Shown here in pieces: positions 47,763 through 57,915 of a DNA stretch of 64,000 nucleotides. Each line of letters opens with the position of its first letter. Positions within the stretch are counted from its first letter, which is position 1. The position numbers and the translations under genes were made by a program. The notes below the pieces were generated by a model, which ran no database searches, was not told the origin of the DNA, and worked only from the letters and a program-made list of their open reading frames with translations. The stretch is from positions 1,811 through 65,810 of the forward strand of contig MFYT01000019.1 in the NCBI GenBank assembly GCA_001789205.1, read 5' to 3'. The stretch comes from Candidatus Raymondbacteria bacterium RIFOXYA2_FULL_49_16 (GTDB lineage: Bacteria; Fibrobacterota; OXYB2-FULL-49-7; XYB2-FULL-49-35).

Positions 47763-49319
47763 CTAATTCCTGAGCGTGGAGTAGAAGAGAACAGCTGTGG
47801 TGAGCACACCAGTCGTAAGCGTTAGAACATCCTTGAACCGGTTCCACGCATAGTTCGGCGGCATTTCGGGAGCGAAGATAATGTCTCCAGCGTTTATTCC
47901 CCCTGTTTTTTCACCTGCAACCCATGCGCCTTTTGATGCCCGGTAGATCCGTATGTGGGACTTGAACGCCTCGTTAGAAAATCCGCCTGCAGTATTGATA
48001 TAGTATGGATATTGTTTGCCCTCTTTAAATTTGACAAGGCCGGGATTGGCCACACACCCGATAACACTCACATCGTTTGTCTTCCACGGTATATACACAA
48101 CATCCTGATGAACAGCTGCCAGGGCATATTCGCCGCTGGTTTTGAAGAAAACATTATTGAAATCAGCATTGATTTTTTTTGCATTCATCAGGAACCAGTC
48201 TGTCAATTCTGCCTTGTAGCCTTTGTCGACTTCGAGCGAGAGGTTGGTGAATCGGTCCCTGCGTATATAGGCGATATTCACATCTCCATCCTCAAGAATA
48301 CCTCCTGCCATTTCAATGCATTTGGCAATGGATGTGCCTTTTTCAACAAGATATTGGCCGGGGTTTCGCACTCTGCCAGCCAGAGTGACTGTGATCTGTT
48401 CTTGCCAGTATGGAATACCGCCGACAACAATAGCATCCGCTGGTTGCATCTGATAGGCCTTGCATTCTTCCGGGTATGTGAGGGTCTGCGATTGCAGTTT
48501 CATACCATCGGCTGAATAGCTTGTAACGCGCATGTTTGATGAGTCAGCATCGGGTCTCAGGCCGCCGCAAAATCGGATAAAATCGAACAGAGATTCCCTG
48601 CGATAATCAGGACTGCCGTACCGGACAATGGACCCGCTTATGGTCACCAATTGGATACGGGGAGGTACAACAACCCGGTAACCTGAGAAAAGATAGGGAT
48701 TGTCCTGAACTACCCCATTATTAAGAAAATTCTCAAAATCGTATGATTGAGAAGCGCCATCAGGAGTGTTCACAATGATATTTCTGAAGGAACTTGACTT
48801 ATAATTCAGGATATCGATCGTTTTTGAGAACGCCTGTGACAGCACATCATTGAGCCGTACTGTAGACCGGAAGGTATACGAACCAGGCTTGTCAACTTCA
48901 CCGGAAACCGTGATGATCACGGATTTTACCTGGCTAAGTTCAATAATCACATCGGTATATTTTGTTTTTGATCTGATCAGGGCAACGACATCCTTTTTTA
49001 GTGTTCTAAGGTCCTTTTGTGTTGGAACAATCCCGATCTTTGGAAGCAGGAGGTTCCCTTCAGGGTCCACGGAGACCTTGAGGTCGTTCTCCTGGACATT
49101 GCCCCACATGACAATCCGGAATTCATCGCCAGGGCCGACAATATAGGTGCTGTCGGCAATTGGTTCGTGGACCATATTCTGCTGCAGGGTCTGATTTTTC
49201 TGGAAATCGCCAAGGGAACCGGGAAAGACCATGTCTGAAGATGAGAAATCGGATGGCATCATTCCTTGACCCGCAATGCCGCCAATAGCAATAGTGACAA
49301 ACAGAACAAATAATTTCAT
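47763..49319 (-). CDS. Polysaccharide export protein with SLBB repeats (Wza/KpsD-like)
   Basis: Y.VGPGD, V.PEG...LP.IG, V.GEV..PG.Y, G.V.NPG, AGG repeats; C-terminal helix. Confidence 0.88.
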   Translation of the reverse strand: MKLFVLFVTIAIGGIAGQGMMPSDFSSSDMVFPGSLGDFQKNQTLQQNMVHEPIADSTYIVGPGDEFRIVMWGNVQENDLKVSVDPEGNLLLPKIGIVPTQKDLRTLKKDVVALIRSKTKYTDVIIELSQVKSVIITVSGEVDKPGSYTFRSTVRLNDVLSQAFSKTIDILNYKSSSFRNIIVNTPDGASQSYDFENFLNNGVVQDNPYLFSGYRVVVPPRIQLVTISGSIVRYGSPDYRRESLFDFIRFCGGLRPDADSSNMRVTSYSADGMKLQSQTLTYPEECKAYQMQPADAIVVGGIPYWQEQITVTLAGRVRNPGQYLVEKGTSIAKCIEMAGGILEDGDVNIAYIRRDRFTNLSLEVDKGYKAELTDWFLMNAKKINADFNNVFFKTSGEYALAAVHQDVVYIPWKTNDVSVIGCVANPGLVKFKEGKQYPYYINTAGGFSNEAFKSHIRIYRASKGAWVAGEKTGGINAGDIIFAPEMPPNYAWNRFKDVLTLTTGVLTTAVLFYSTLRN

Positions 49320-49361
49320 GGTGTAAAATTTAATAAAACAGCATAACTTTATTCAATCATT

Positions 49362-50459
49362 TCAATTGCGCTTGAAAAGGGCGGCCAATTCCACATGAGG
49401 GGTCTGGGGGAACATGTCAAACCCCTGCAGGTCCTGAAGCGCGTATGCATCACTGAAAAACCGCATGTCATCGGCAAATGATTTTGGATTGCACGATACA
49501 TACACGATGGACTGCGGCGCGAGTTTCAGGATTTTTTTTATGATCTTGTTTCCCATGCCCGAGCGCGGCGGATCGCAGACAAATGTGTCAAACGACTCTG
49601 TCGTTGTCGCGAGCCACTCTTTGACCGGTGAACAGACAAACGAGCAGTTGGCAACATTGTTCTCCCGTGCATTTTCGTGCGCAAACCTGATTGACTCTGC
49701 CTCTGATTCCACGCCTGTGACATGGATACAATGGCTGGCAAGCACAAGACTGAGCGTGCCCACCCCACAGAAGAGGTCTGCCACGTTTCCGGAAACAAAG
49801 GGCGTAATATGTTCCAGTATTTTTCCAGCAACATGGGCGTTGTTCTGGAAAAAGGTGTTGGGCCCGGCCCGGTATAAAAGGCCCCCTATTTTTTCCGTAA
49901 AATACCCTTTTCCCATGGATTGTACTATGCGTCCAAAACTTGTTTCAGACAAGGTGTCGTTTACCAGCCAATTGACGGAAGTGGCAATACTGCAGGTCTT
50001 TTCCATGATCGGTACAATGTGCGGCTCTTCATTTGCCGTGACAAAACTGATCATAAGATCGTCTGTGAATTGGGTGACCCTGCAGACAATATAGCGCAAA
50101 TAGCCCATGTGTTTGAGATAATCATGGTCTTTTATATCGCCTTGCCTGAGCCATTCCCGGATTGCGCGCAATGCCTCAGAGACCTTTGGGTGCACCAGAT
50201 GGCAGTGTTCTATATCCACAACTTTATAGAACTTGCCGCGCTCTCGAAGCCCGATTTTCCCAAAGGCGCAGACAAAATCCATGCGGTTCCGGTACTCAAA
50301 GGCAATAGGCGAGTCTGCCACAGGCACGCTAAAGCCGAAGAGACGCTTTAGAACCTCCTCTTTTTGGCCAATCTGGCCTTGGGGATAGGGCAGGTCCTGG
50401 TATGCGCATCCGCCGCACAGGGGAAAATGGGAGCAGCGGGCTGGGATTGTGGTGTCCAT
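49362..50459 (-). CDS. rlmD: RNA (uracil-5)-methyltransferase, TrmA/RlmD family, lacking the TRAM domain
   Basis: CSHF..CGGC, YRNRM, FFQNN, DLFCG.G, DPPR.G, YVSCNP, DMFPQT.HVE. Confidence 0.85.
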   Translation of the reverse strand: MDTTIPARCSHFPLCGGCAYQDLPYPQGQIGQKEEVLKRLFGFSVPVADSPIAFEYRNRMDFVCAFGKIGLRERGKFYKVVDIEHCHLVHPKVSEALRAIREWLRQGDIKDHDYLKHMGYLRYIVCRVTQFTDDLMISFVTANEEPHIVPIMEKTCSIATSVNWLVNDTLSETSFGRIVQSMGKGYFTEKIGGLLYRAGPNTFFQNNAHVAGKILEHITPFVSGNVADLFCGVGTLSLVLASHCIHVTGVESEAESIRFAHENARENNVANCSFVCSPVKEWLATTTESFDTFVCDPPRSGMGNKIIKKILKLAPQSIVYVSCNPKSFADDMRFFSDAYALQDLQGFDMFPQTPHVELAALFKRN

Positions 50460-50519
50460 CTTGGCAAAAAAAGATAATTTATTGAACCTTTCCAGGACAG
50501 ATTAATATATTTATTGCAC

Positions 50520-51452
50520 ATGAAAAGCGTTTCCATTGTTATCCCCTTCCTTAACGAGTCTGAAAGTCTGCGCGAACTGTACCAGCGGATTACCGTTGTG
50601 GTCCGCGATAACAGCATCAACGAGTACGAGATCATTTTTGTTAATGACGGCAGTACTGATAATTCCCTCGATATTGTCCGCGCTCTTGCAAAGGACGACG
50701 CACAGGTAAAATGCATTGGCTTCAGGAAAAATTACGGCAAGGCGGCGGCGCTCTCCGAAGGATTCAAGGCTGCGCGGTACGGCTATGTTGTTACCATGGA
50801 TGCGGACCTGCAGGACGATCCCGCTGAAATTCCCGGGCTTATCGCGGAGATCGATACAGGGTTTGACCTTGTCTCGGGCTGGAAACGAACACGGCACGAT
50901 CCCGTGCTTACCAAAAACCTGCCGTCAAAGCTTTTCAACTGGGCCACATCGGTCACCAGCGGCGTCCGGCTGCACGATTTCAACTGCGGGCTCAAAATCT
51001 ATCGCAAGGAAGTGGTAAAGTCCCTCGAGTTTTACGGGGAAATGCACCGGTATCTTCCGGTCTTGGCGCATTGGAACGGGTTCCGCATTGGCGAGAAGGA
51101 AGTGCAGCACCATCCACGCAAATACGGGGTGACAAAATACGGACTAAACCGGTTTGTCAATGGATTTCTCGACTTACTCACCATCACCTTCCTGCGGCGG
51201 TACACGAAAAACCCCATGCACCTCTTTGGCCTGTTCGGCATTCTTTTTTCTCTCGTGGGGTTCTCCATTATCGGCTACTTTGGCGTCCAATGGATCGTTG
51301 AACGGGAACTCCATATCCGGCCCCTTTTACTTTTAGGCGTTGGCGCCATACTCATGGGCATACAACTTTTTTCCATTGGCCTTGTCGGCGAAATGATCAC
51401 CCACACTGGCAAGCGCGAAGAGTATCAGGTTGCGGAAAAGATAAATCTCTAA
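50520..51452 (+). CDS. GT2 polyprenol-phosphate glycosyltransferase (ArnC/GtrB-like) with two C-terminal TM helices
   Basis: SIVIP..NE, DGSTD.S, N.GK..AL..G, MDADLQDDP, D.VSGW, HD.NCG.K, GEMHR. Confidence 0.9.
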   Translation: MKSVSIVIPFLNESESLRELYQRITVVVRDNSINEYEIIFVNDGSTDNSLDIVRALAKDDAQVKCIGFRKNYGKAAALSEGFKAARYGYVVTMDADLQDDPAEIPGLIAEIDTGFDLVSGWKRTRHDPVLTKNLPSKLFNWATSVTSGVRLHDFNCGLKIYRKEVVKSLEFYGEMHRYLPVLAHWNGFRIGEKEVQHHPRKYGVTKYGLNRFVNGFLDLLTITFLRRYTKNPMHLFGLFGILFSLVGFSIIGYFGVQWIVERELHIRPLLLLGVGAILMGIQLFSIGLVGEMITHTGKREEYQVAEKINL

Positions 51453-51457
51453 AACGC

Positions 51458-52522
51458 ATGCCTGCCTCCACCCGGATCCTCGCCATTTGCCCTGTGGGAA
51501 TTGGTAATTTCCTGTTACTTACCCCTGCATTGCAGCACCTCAAGGCGTGTCTGCCCCAGTCGCGCATCACCCTTTTATCTCTCAAGGCCGGAATCTCACA
51601 GATTGCCGGACGATACGCGTTTGTCGATGATATTGTCACGCTTACTGTTGCCAAAAGCAGGTCACCGGTCTATGTCCTGGGTTTCCTGAAGAAGCTTTTC
51701 AGGGCATATGATATCTCCCTGGCATTTTTCCCGGCGAACAGGGCTGAATACAATCTGGTGCCCTGGCTGGCACGCATTAAAAAACGCATTGGGTTTCGCT
51801 ATGCGATAAAGGCAACTAAATCATTGGCCTTTTTAAATACAGATCTTGTGGTTCCGGATGAGAAGAAGCACGATGTACTTCAGAATTTCAGGCTCTTTTC
51901 CTGTCTGGGGTTGTCTGAGCCGGAAACCGTATCGCTTGTTCCTGTTCCCCTGACGCCCACTGAGGAGACATTTGGCATTACTTATGTTCGTTCGTGCGTT
52001 CCCAGCGGCAGTACACTCATTGGCATGCATCCGGGATCGAGCAGCGAACACGATATGGAGAAGAAACGGTGGCCGGTGGAGAGATTCGCCGCGCTCGCGG
52101 GTTTGATTTCAAAAGACCGGAACTCATTATATCTCATATTTGGCGGGCCCGAAGAGGAGGGGCTAAAACAAAGGCTGGCTGCGTTGATTGGAAAGAACGC
52201 ACACGTTGTCACGAGCCAATCGCTTTTTGAAACAGCGGCTGTGATTAAACAGTGCACGGCCTTTATCAGCAACGATTCGGGCCTCATGCACATTGCAGCC
52301 TCATATGGGGTAAAGACCGCGGGTATTTTCGGACCAACCGATGATACCCGTACCGCGCCATTTGGGCCGAATCATCTGGTCATCAGGGGAAGGTATGATT
52401 GTTCCCCATGCTGGACCATTGCGAATGCGGGCAAACGGGAGCAGTGCAGGTTCGGCGATTTCCGGTGTCTTCAGCGCCTGTCAGCGGAAGAAGTGTTCAT
52501 GAAGATCGGGCAGTGGCTTTAG
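51458..52522 (+). CDS. GT9 family (ADP-heptose-like) glycosyltransferase
   Basis: GIGN..L.TP, HPG, KRWP...F, NDSGLMHIAA, FGPT. Confidence 0.9.
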   Translation: MPASTRILAICPVGIGNFLLLTPALQHLKACLPQSRITLLSLKAGISQIAGRYAFVDDIVTLTVAKSRSPVYVLGFLKKLFRAYDISLAFFPANRAEYNLVPWLARIKKRIGFRYAIKATKSLAFLNTDLVVPDEKKHDVLQNFRLFSCLGLSEPETVSLVPVPLTPTEETFGITYVRSCVPSGSTLIGMHPGSSSEHDMEKKRWPVERFAALAGLISKDRNSLYLIFGGPEEEGLKQRLAALIGKNAHVVTSQSLFETAAVIKQCTAFISNDSGLMHIAASYGVKTAGIFGPTDDTRTAPFGPNHLVIRGRYDCSPCWTIANAGKREQCRFGDFRCLQRLSAEEVFMKIGQWL

Positions 52523-53390
52523 GATTGGGCGCTTTTCCCCACAGGAGTTTTTCACGCAAGACTTGGAAATACGTCACATTCTTTGGCGCGAGCAGCGTGG
52601 TATCGTGACGTGAACGGGTAATCCGCACCTCATCGCCGCAGCGCAGCGGCAGTCTCTTTTTTCCATCGATATTCAGATGCATGGCTGTTTTCTCGTCGTG
52701 CATCTTCACGGTCACCGGTTTCACGATCGAACAGACAATAGGTTTTTGCGTAAGGGAATGGGAGCAGATGGGCGTGATTATGACACTGTTGAGGCTTGGA
52801 TAGACAATGGGGCCGCCCGAGGCCATGGAGTAGGCCGTGCTGCCCGTGGGTGTTGCTACGATAAGGCCGTCACTGTTGTAGAATGACACCAGCTCTCTGC
52901 CGTAAAATACGGAAAGATTCAGGAGCTTGCCCAAGCCTTTGATCACCACGTCGTTGAGACAGATATCGCGGGCAGCCACGCGGCCTGAACGGACCAGTGA
53001 CACGTCGAACATTATCCGCTTCTCGCTCCGGTAACGCCCTTTCAGAATGTCCGAGAGCTGCTCCACGGCGCTGGCAGCGGCGATATCGGTCAAAAACCCG
53101 AGCCGTCCCATATTGATGCCGATGAGCGGTATCCGCGAGGTTGCCACAAGCCGGGCTGCGGAGAGAAAGGTGCCGTCTCCTCCCACGGAAACAAGCACGT
53201 CTATTTTTTTCAGGAATTCTTTTACTTCGGCGGTTTTTACCCGGGGGCCTGCAGGCAGGCTGAATATGCCCCGGTTGAAATAAAACGTATGGCTGTTGAA
53301 GGCGCTGTATGAGACAATCTCAGCAATAAGCTTTCGTACCTCTTTTGACCGTTCAAAGGCAATGATGCCGATGTTCGAGAGCTTCTTCAT
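52497..53390 (-). CDS. nadK: NAD kinase
   Basis: GGDGTFL, GIN.G.LGFL, LND, DGLIVATPTGSTAYS..SGGP, IDG. Confidence 0.96.
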   Translation of the reverse strand: MKKLSNIGIIAFERSKEVRKLIAEIVSYSAFNSHTFYFNRGIFSLPAGPRVKTAEVKEFLKKIDVLVSVGGDGTFLSAARLVATSRIPLIGINMGRLGFLTDIAAASAVEQLSDILKGRYRSEKRIMFDVSLVRSGRVAARDICLNDVVIKGLGKLLNLSVFYGRELVSFYNSDGLIVATPTGSTAYSMASGGPIVYPSLNSVIITPICSHSLTQKPIVCSIVKPVTVKMHDEKTAMHLNIDGKKRLPLRCGDEVRITRSRHDTTLLAPKNVTYFQVLREKLLWGKAPNPKATARSS

Positions 53391-54781
53391 TCCACGTTCC
53401 TGACAAGGTTTTCAAACTGAAAGTAAAAATCGGGCCAGTATTGGTCAACGGCCTCGGCATTGACAAGCGTGCTCTCGCCCTGGTTTTTGATCGCCGCGAC
53501 GGAAAAGGCCATGGCAATGGCAGGGTGGCCGCAGGCGTCGAATTCCGCGCCGTCGTATTCGCGCGCGCCTTCGATGACTATGCCATCTTCGATTTCACCG
53601 GTTTTGACGCCCATGGTCCTGAGGTTTTTCAGGGTCCCAGTAAAGAGATCCATGGGCCCCTGCCGCAGGAAATCAGCGTCGCGGATAATGGTTTGTCCCG
53701 TGGCATAGGCCGCGGCCACGCATACGAAGGGGAAGAGTTCGCCTATGCCTGCCATGAGTTCTCCGGAAAAGCGGCGGCCCGCCAAGGGCGCTGAACTTAC
53801 CTGGCAATCAAAGCGATCGCTGTCTTTGTGCTTTTCAGTTTGCAGCCGGCCGCCCATGCGCCGCAGAACGTGGATGAAAGGCGCGCAACCGCTGCTAATA
53901 CCTTTTACCGTGACCGTGCTATGACCGCACAGCGTAGCGGCAAGGAGAAATGGGGCAGCGCACACTGCTCCGCCCGTAAGGGTAAAATGGGCGGCAGTGA
54001 GTACAGGCTGTTCGCGCACGGTGATGATGCGCATGGACTTTTCGTCTGATTCCGCGGCCTTTTGTTTCTGAATGCGCCTGATGCGGCGTTCAAGTTCGTT
54101 GCCGTGGTCCTGCTCGTGCTCCTGTTCGGACTCTTCGTATGAGGCGCCCTGTTTTTGCACGGTGATTATTGCGCCGAATTTCTGCGCGATCGCTTCAGTC
54201 TCTCCGGGAAGGGGTGTGGTTTCAATAATCCGGTTTTGGCCGGACGCGGCGGCCATGGCGGCAAAGAGGCAGATGGTTTTCATTGTTTCATCGGGATGGT
54301 CGATCGCGCATTCCAGCGATTCGGGAGAGGAAGGGATGATTTCCAGTTGAAATGCGTTGTCCTGTTCCTTGAACTCAAAGGAAAATCCCGATGCCGACAG
54401 TTTTTTCAGGGCGTTGCGGAAGCGGCCGGTAATGGATGACGCGTTTCCCGAGATGCGCACGCCTTTCCGAAAAAAGAGGGGTGCAATCAGCTCGAGCGTT
54501 TCAGCGGAGGGGATGTTCTCGATCGCGGCCGGCAAAGAAGGGTCGCTGAAGCCGCCGGACCCCTGGACAATACAGGAACCGCCCTGGCGCGTGATGGCGC
54601 CGAACGAACGTTGGACAAAGGAAAAAAGCTCCTCAGCGGCCCCGCATTTGGGCGTGTTTTCAATGGTTGTTTCTCCCTTGGCAAAGAGGGAGAGCAGAGT
54701 GGCCTTCAAGAGCGCGGAGACCGACGCGGGCGGCTGGATCTCTCCGGATATGCCTTTTGCCTGATGGAAGGTGCGGTTCAC
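53387..54781 (-). CDS. EPSP-synthase (AroA)-fold protein with substituted active-site motifs
   Basis: Overall EPSPS pattern (GEI.PP, A.GET.I.N, L..MG, A.G.T.I..A..LR, L..MG....E..DG..I.G, IAMAF.VA, WPDF) but catalytic motifs absent. Confidence 0.75.
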   Translation of the reverse strand: MNRTFHQAKGISGEIQPPASVSALLKATLLSLFAKGETTIENTPKCGAAEELFSFVQRSFGAITRQGGSCIVQGSGGFSDPSLPAAIENIPSAETLELIAPLFFRKGVRISGNASSITGRFRNALKKLSASGFSFEFKEQDNAFQLEIIPSSPESLECAIDHPDETMKTICLFAAMAAASGQNRIIETTPLPGETEAIAQKFGAIITVQKQGASYEESEQEHEQDHGNELERRIRRIQKQKAAESDEKSMRIITVREQPVLTAAHFTLTGGAVCAAPFLLAATLCGHSTVTVKGISSGCAPFIHVLRRMGGRLQTEKHKDSDRFDCQVSSAPLAGRRFSGELMAGIGELFPFVCVAAAYATGQTIIRDADFLRQGPMDLFTGTLKNLRTMGVKTGEIEDGIVIEGAREYDGAEFDACGHPAIAMAFSVAAIKNQGESTLVNAEAVDQYWPDFYFQFENLVRNVE

Positions 54782-55059
54782 GCTACGGTCCTTTTCTCGA
54801 GCCGTTTGGTCTCGGCGATGATGACTGAAAAAACGCGGTTCACCGCGGCGCTGTCGAGCGGTCCCTTGTTGAGCGCGCGCATTGCCGTGAGTATGGCTTT
54901 CTCCCGTTTTTCATCTGATACGGCAAGACCGGTCTTCTTTTTTATTGCGCCGATGCGGCGGGCAATGCGTACGCGCGCGTTCAGCTGGGCAAGCAGGACC
55001 CGGTTAATGGCGTTGATTTTTCCACGCCATTTTTCGATTGAGTGTTGTGCGGTGCTCAT
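54778..55059 (-). CDS. AroQ-type chorismate mutase
   Basis: Start ATG 55059; R..I..I...L...LN.R...A..IG..K......D..RE..I pattern, GPL. Confidence 0.85.
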   Translation of the reverse strand: MSTAQHSIEKWRGKINAINRVLLAQLNARVRIARRIGAIKKKTGLAVSDEKREKAILTAMRALNKGPLDSAAVNRVFSVIIAETKRLEKRTVA

Positions 55060-55088
55060 GGTTTTTTGTCCATTAGAAAATACATAAA

Positions 55089-56060
55089 TTAAATGAACCG
55101 CAGCACCCTTTTCCAGTGGATAGCGTTGGTATCGGCTGACCAATAGACACAAGAGACCCTGCCCAGGATCCTGCGGCCGCTGATAGGGCCGAAGTAGCGG
55201 CTGTCGGGCCCTTGGTCCCAATTGTCGCTGATCAGGAAATAGCAATCGGATGTGACCGTGTATTCCCTGACCGGATGGCCGTCCATATAGAGCGCGCGCC
55301 TGAACCTATAGCTGGATGAATCATTCCGCGCCACCAGGAAGTTGCGGACATTGCGCAGTTCAATCCAGGTCATGGTATCAAAATTGAGACTGGCGTTTGT
55401 CCGGCGATACGAAGCCATGAGCTCAGCGAGCATGAGATTATCGCAGACCGCGCCGTTTACCAGGAGGTCGGTGGTGGTCGAAACGCGTACATCGGGGTTT
55501 TCCTGCCTGATGAGTGAGACCAGGCAGTCAAAGCCGTATAGTGAAAGGCTATCGGTACGCACCACGTCGTCTTTGGCGGGCACCGCGACCTTTTCAAGGT
55601 TGTCGCGCGGGGAATACCGGGCGTCGATCTGGAATTCGTCGCCAGCCAGGGCTGACGCGGGGAAGAGGTATTCAGCGCCGTTTATCCTGCATTTTTTCTT
55701 CGCGATTTCGACCATGTCCCCGGGTCCGGCAACACAGCGGAGCACGGAAAAGCGGCTGTTGTCATCGAGGCTCCTGAAGGCCACCACATCGCCCGGGGAG
55801 GGGTTTTTAATGGTGAAGGCGCGATGGCCGGTGCAGGGGACCAGAGGGCCATAGATGAATTTATTGACAAAGATGCGGTCGCCGGGCAGCAGTGTGTTGT
55901 CCATGACCGTGCCGGAAATGGAGAAAGACTGGAAAAGGAAGATCCGGAAAAGCGCCGCGACAACAACGACGCCGATGATGAATTCGGCAAGCTCGAGGGC
56001 CATGACCTTGAAGTCGCGGGGGGAGCGGGTGTCCTGGCCTGCCTCGTGAAAAGCGCTCAT
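55089..56060 (-). CDS. Signal peptidase I (S26)-like protein with both catalytic dyad residues substituted
   Basis: TM then F.I...M..TLL.GD.I.VNKF.YG, GDVV.F, RC...PGD.V.I, YF...DN.D...DSRYFG; directly after lepA. Confidence 0.82.
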   Translation of the reverse strand: MSAFHEAGQDTRSPRDFKVMALELAEFIIGVVVVAALFRIFLFQSFSISGTVMDNTLLPGDRIFVNKFIYGPLVPCTGHRAFTIKNPSPGDVVAFRSLDDNSRFSVLRCVAGPGDMVEIAKKKCRINGAEYLFPASALAGDEFQIDARYSPRDNLEKVAVPAKDDVVRTDSLSLYGFDCLVSLIRQENPDVRVSTTTDLLVNGAVCDNLMLAELMASYRRTNASLNFDTMTWIELRNVRNFLVARNDSSSYRFRRALYMDGHPVREYTVTSDCYFLISDNWDQGPDSRYFGPISGRRILGRVSCVYWSADTNAIHWKRVLRFI

Positions 56061-56061
56061 G

Positions 56062-57867
56062 CTATTCCTGTTCCCCTTTCATATTGAGCACCGCGAAAAA
56101 GGCCTCCTGGGGAATGTCCACGCTGCCCACCTGTTTCATGCGTTTTTTTCCTTCTTTCTGTTTTTCGAGCAGTTTCCGTTTCCGGGAAATGTCGCCGCCG
56201 TAGCATTTCGCGGTCACGTTTTTCCGGAGCGCCTTGACCGTTGTGCGGGCAATGATCTTTCCGCCGATTGCCGCCTGGATGGCCACCTCGAACATTTGGC
56301 GCGGAATAAGGTCTTTGAGCTTTATGCAGAGGGACTGTCCCCATGTGTACGATTTCTCCCTGTGGATGATCACGGAGAAGGCGTCTATGGGATCACCGTT
56401 GATAAGAATGTCGAGTTTGACCAGGTCGGATTCGCGATACTCGATGAACTCATAATCGAGCGATGCGTAGCCGCGGGACATGGATTTGAGCCGGTCGTAA
56501 AAATCGAATATGATTTCAGCAAGAGGGAACTCATAACTCATGCTGACCCTGGTTTTATCCAGGTATTCCATGGTGACATACTTGCCGCGCTTTTCCTCTC
56601 CCAGCTTCATGATGTTGCCCAAATATTCTGCGGGCACGATTATCTGCGCCGCGACAAACGGTTCTTCTATGTGGTCGATGACCGTGGGCTCCGGAAGCCT
56701 GCTGGGATTTTCAAGGAATTCGGGTTCTCCGGAGGTGCGGATCACCTTGTATTTGACGTTGGGGACCGTGGTTATGATGTCAACATCGAATTCGCGGTCC
56801 AGGCGTTCCTGTACAATTTCCATGTGCAGCAAGCCCAAAAAACCAGCGCGGAAACCAAAACCAAGGGCATTGGACGTTTCCGGCTCCCATGAAAGGGAGG
56901 AATCGTTCAATTTCAGCTTTTCCAGGGAGGCGCGCAGGTTTTTATAGTCGTCGGGATTTACAGGGTAAATACCCGCATAGACCATTGGTTTTATGTCTTT
57001 GTATCCGGGCAATGGTCCGTCTGCCCTGCGTTCCGCATGGGTCGCGGTGTCGCCTATTTTGATGTCCTGCACGTTTTTGATGTTACAAATGAGGTAGCCT
57101 GCTTCACCTGCTGCCAAACGGTCCTTTTTTATCCGTTTCATTCTGACGATGCCGAGTTCGTCGGCCCGAAACGCCTGGTCCTGGGCAAAGAAGTAGAGGT
57201 TGTCGCCCGTGTTCAGTGTCCCTTGGAAGACCCGTACAAACGCGACCGCGCCGCGGTATGCGTCAAAAACAGAATCAAAGATCAATGCCTTTAGCGGAGC
57301 GTCCGGATCGCCCAAAGGCGGAGGAACGCGTTCGATGACGGCCGCAAGCAGACCGGCCACGCCAGTGCCCTCTTTTGCGCTTATACGAAAGGGCTCGTGC
57401 GCATCGCCGAGAAGGTCTTTTATCTCACGGGCCACTTCGTCGGGCTGTGCGCCGGGCAAATCGATTTTGTTGATCGCGGGAATGATCGTCAGGTTGTGTT
57501 CCAGGGCAAGATACAGGTTTGAGAGTGTCTGGGCCTGAATTCCCTGCGCTGCGTCAACCACAAGAATGGCGCCTTCACATGCGGCCAGCGATCTGCTGAC
57601 TTCATAGGTGAAGTCCACGTGTCCAGGCGTATCAATAAGGTTGAGAATGTATTGATTGCCGTCCTGGGCCGTATAGTCCATGCGGATATAATGCGCTTTA
57701 ATGGTGATGCCGCGTTCCCGTTCCAAGTCCATGCTATCAAGGACCTGTTCCTTCATTTCGTATTTTGAAAGGGTGCCGGTTATTTCGAGCAAGCGGTCCG
57801 CAAGCGTTGATTTGCCATGGTCAATGTGCGCAATGATGCAGAAATTTCTGATGTTTGACTGGTGCAT
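56062..57867 (-). CDS. lepA: Elongation factor 4
   Basis: [63 protein letters not shown]. Confidence 0.99.
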   Translation of the reverse strand: MHQSNIRNFCIIAHIDHGKSTLADRLLEITGTLSKYEMKEQVLDSMDLERERGITIKAHYIRMDYTAQDGNQYILNLIDTPGHVDFTYEVSRSLAACEGAILVVDAAQGIQAQTLSNLYLALEHNLTIIPAINKIDLPGAQPDEVAREIKDLLGDAHEPFRISAKEGTGVAGLLAAVIERVPPPLGDPDAPLKALIFDSVFDAYRGAVAFVRVFQGTLNTGDNLYFFAQDQAFRADELGIVRMKRIKKDRLAAGEAGYLICNIKNVQDIKIGDTATHAERRADGPLPGYKDIKPMVYAGIYPVNPDDYKNLRASLEKLKLNDSSLSWEPETSNALGFGFRAGFLGLLHMEIVQERLDREFDVDIITTVPNVKYKVIRTSGEPEFLENPSRLPEPTVIDHIEEPFVAAQIIVPAEYLGNIMKLGEEKRGKYVTMEYLDKTRVSMSYEFPLAEIIFDFYDRLKSMSRGYASLDYEFIEYRESDLVKLDILINGDPIDAFSVIIHREKSYTWGQSLCIKLKDLIPRQMFEVAIQAAIGGKIIARTTVKALRKNVTAKCYGGDISRKRKLLEKQKEGKKRMKQVGSVDIPQEAFFAVLNMKGEQE

Positions 57868-57915
57868 AGAGAGGAAAAAATAATTAAATGCAGGGCCTGA
57901 AGTATAACACCATCG

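Noticed and set aside
54778-55059. Chorismate mutase as a third pseudoenzyme
   Set aside because: Key Arg, Lys and Arg-Glu residues appear retained.
55060-55245. Extended N-terminus of chorismate mutase
   Set aside because: Overlaps the LepB-like gene; the domain starts at ATG 55059.
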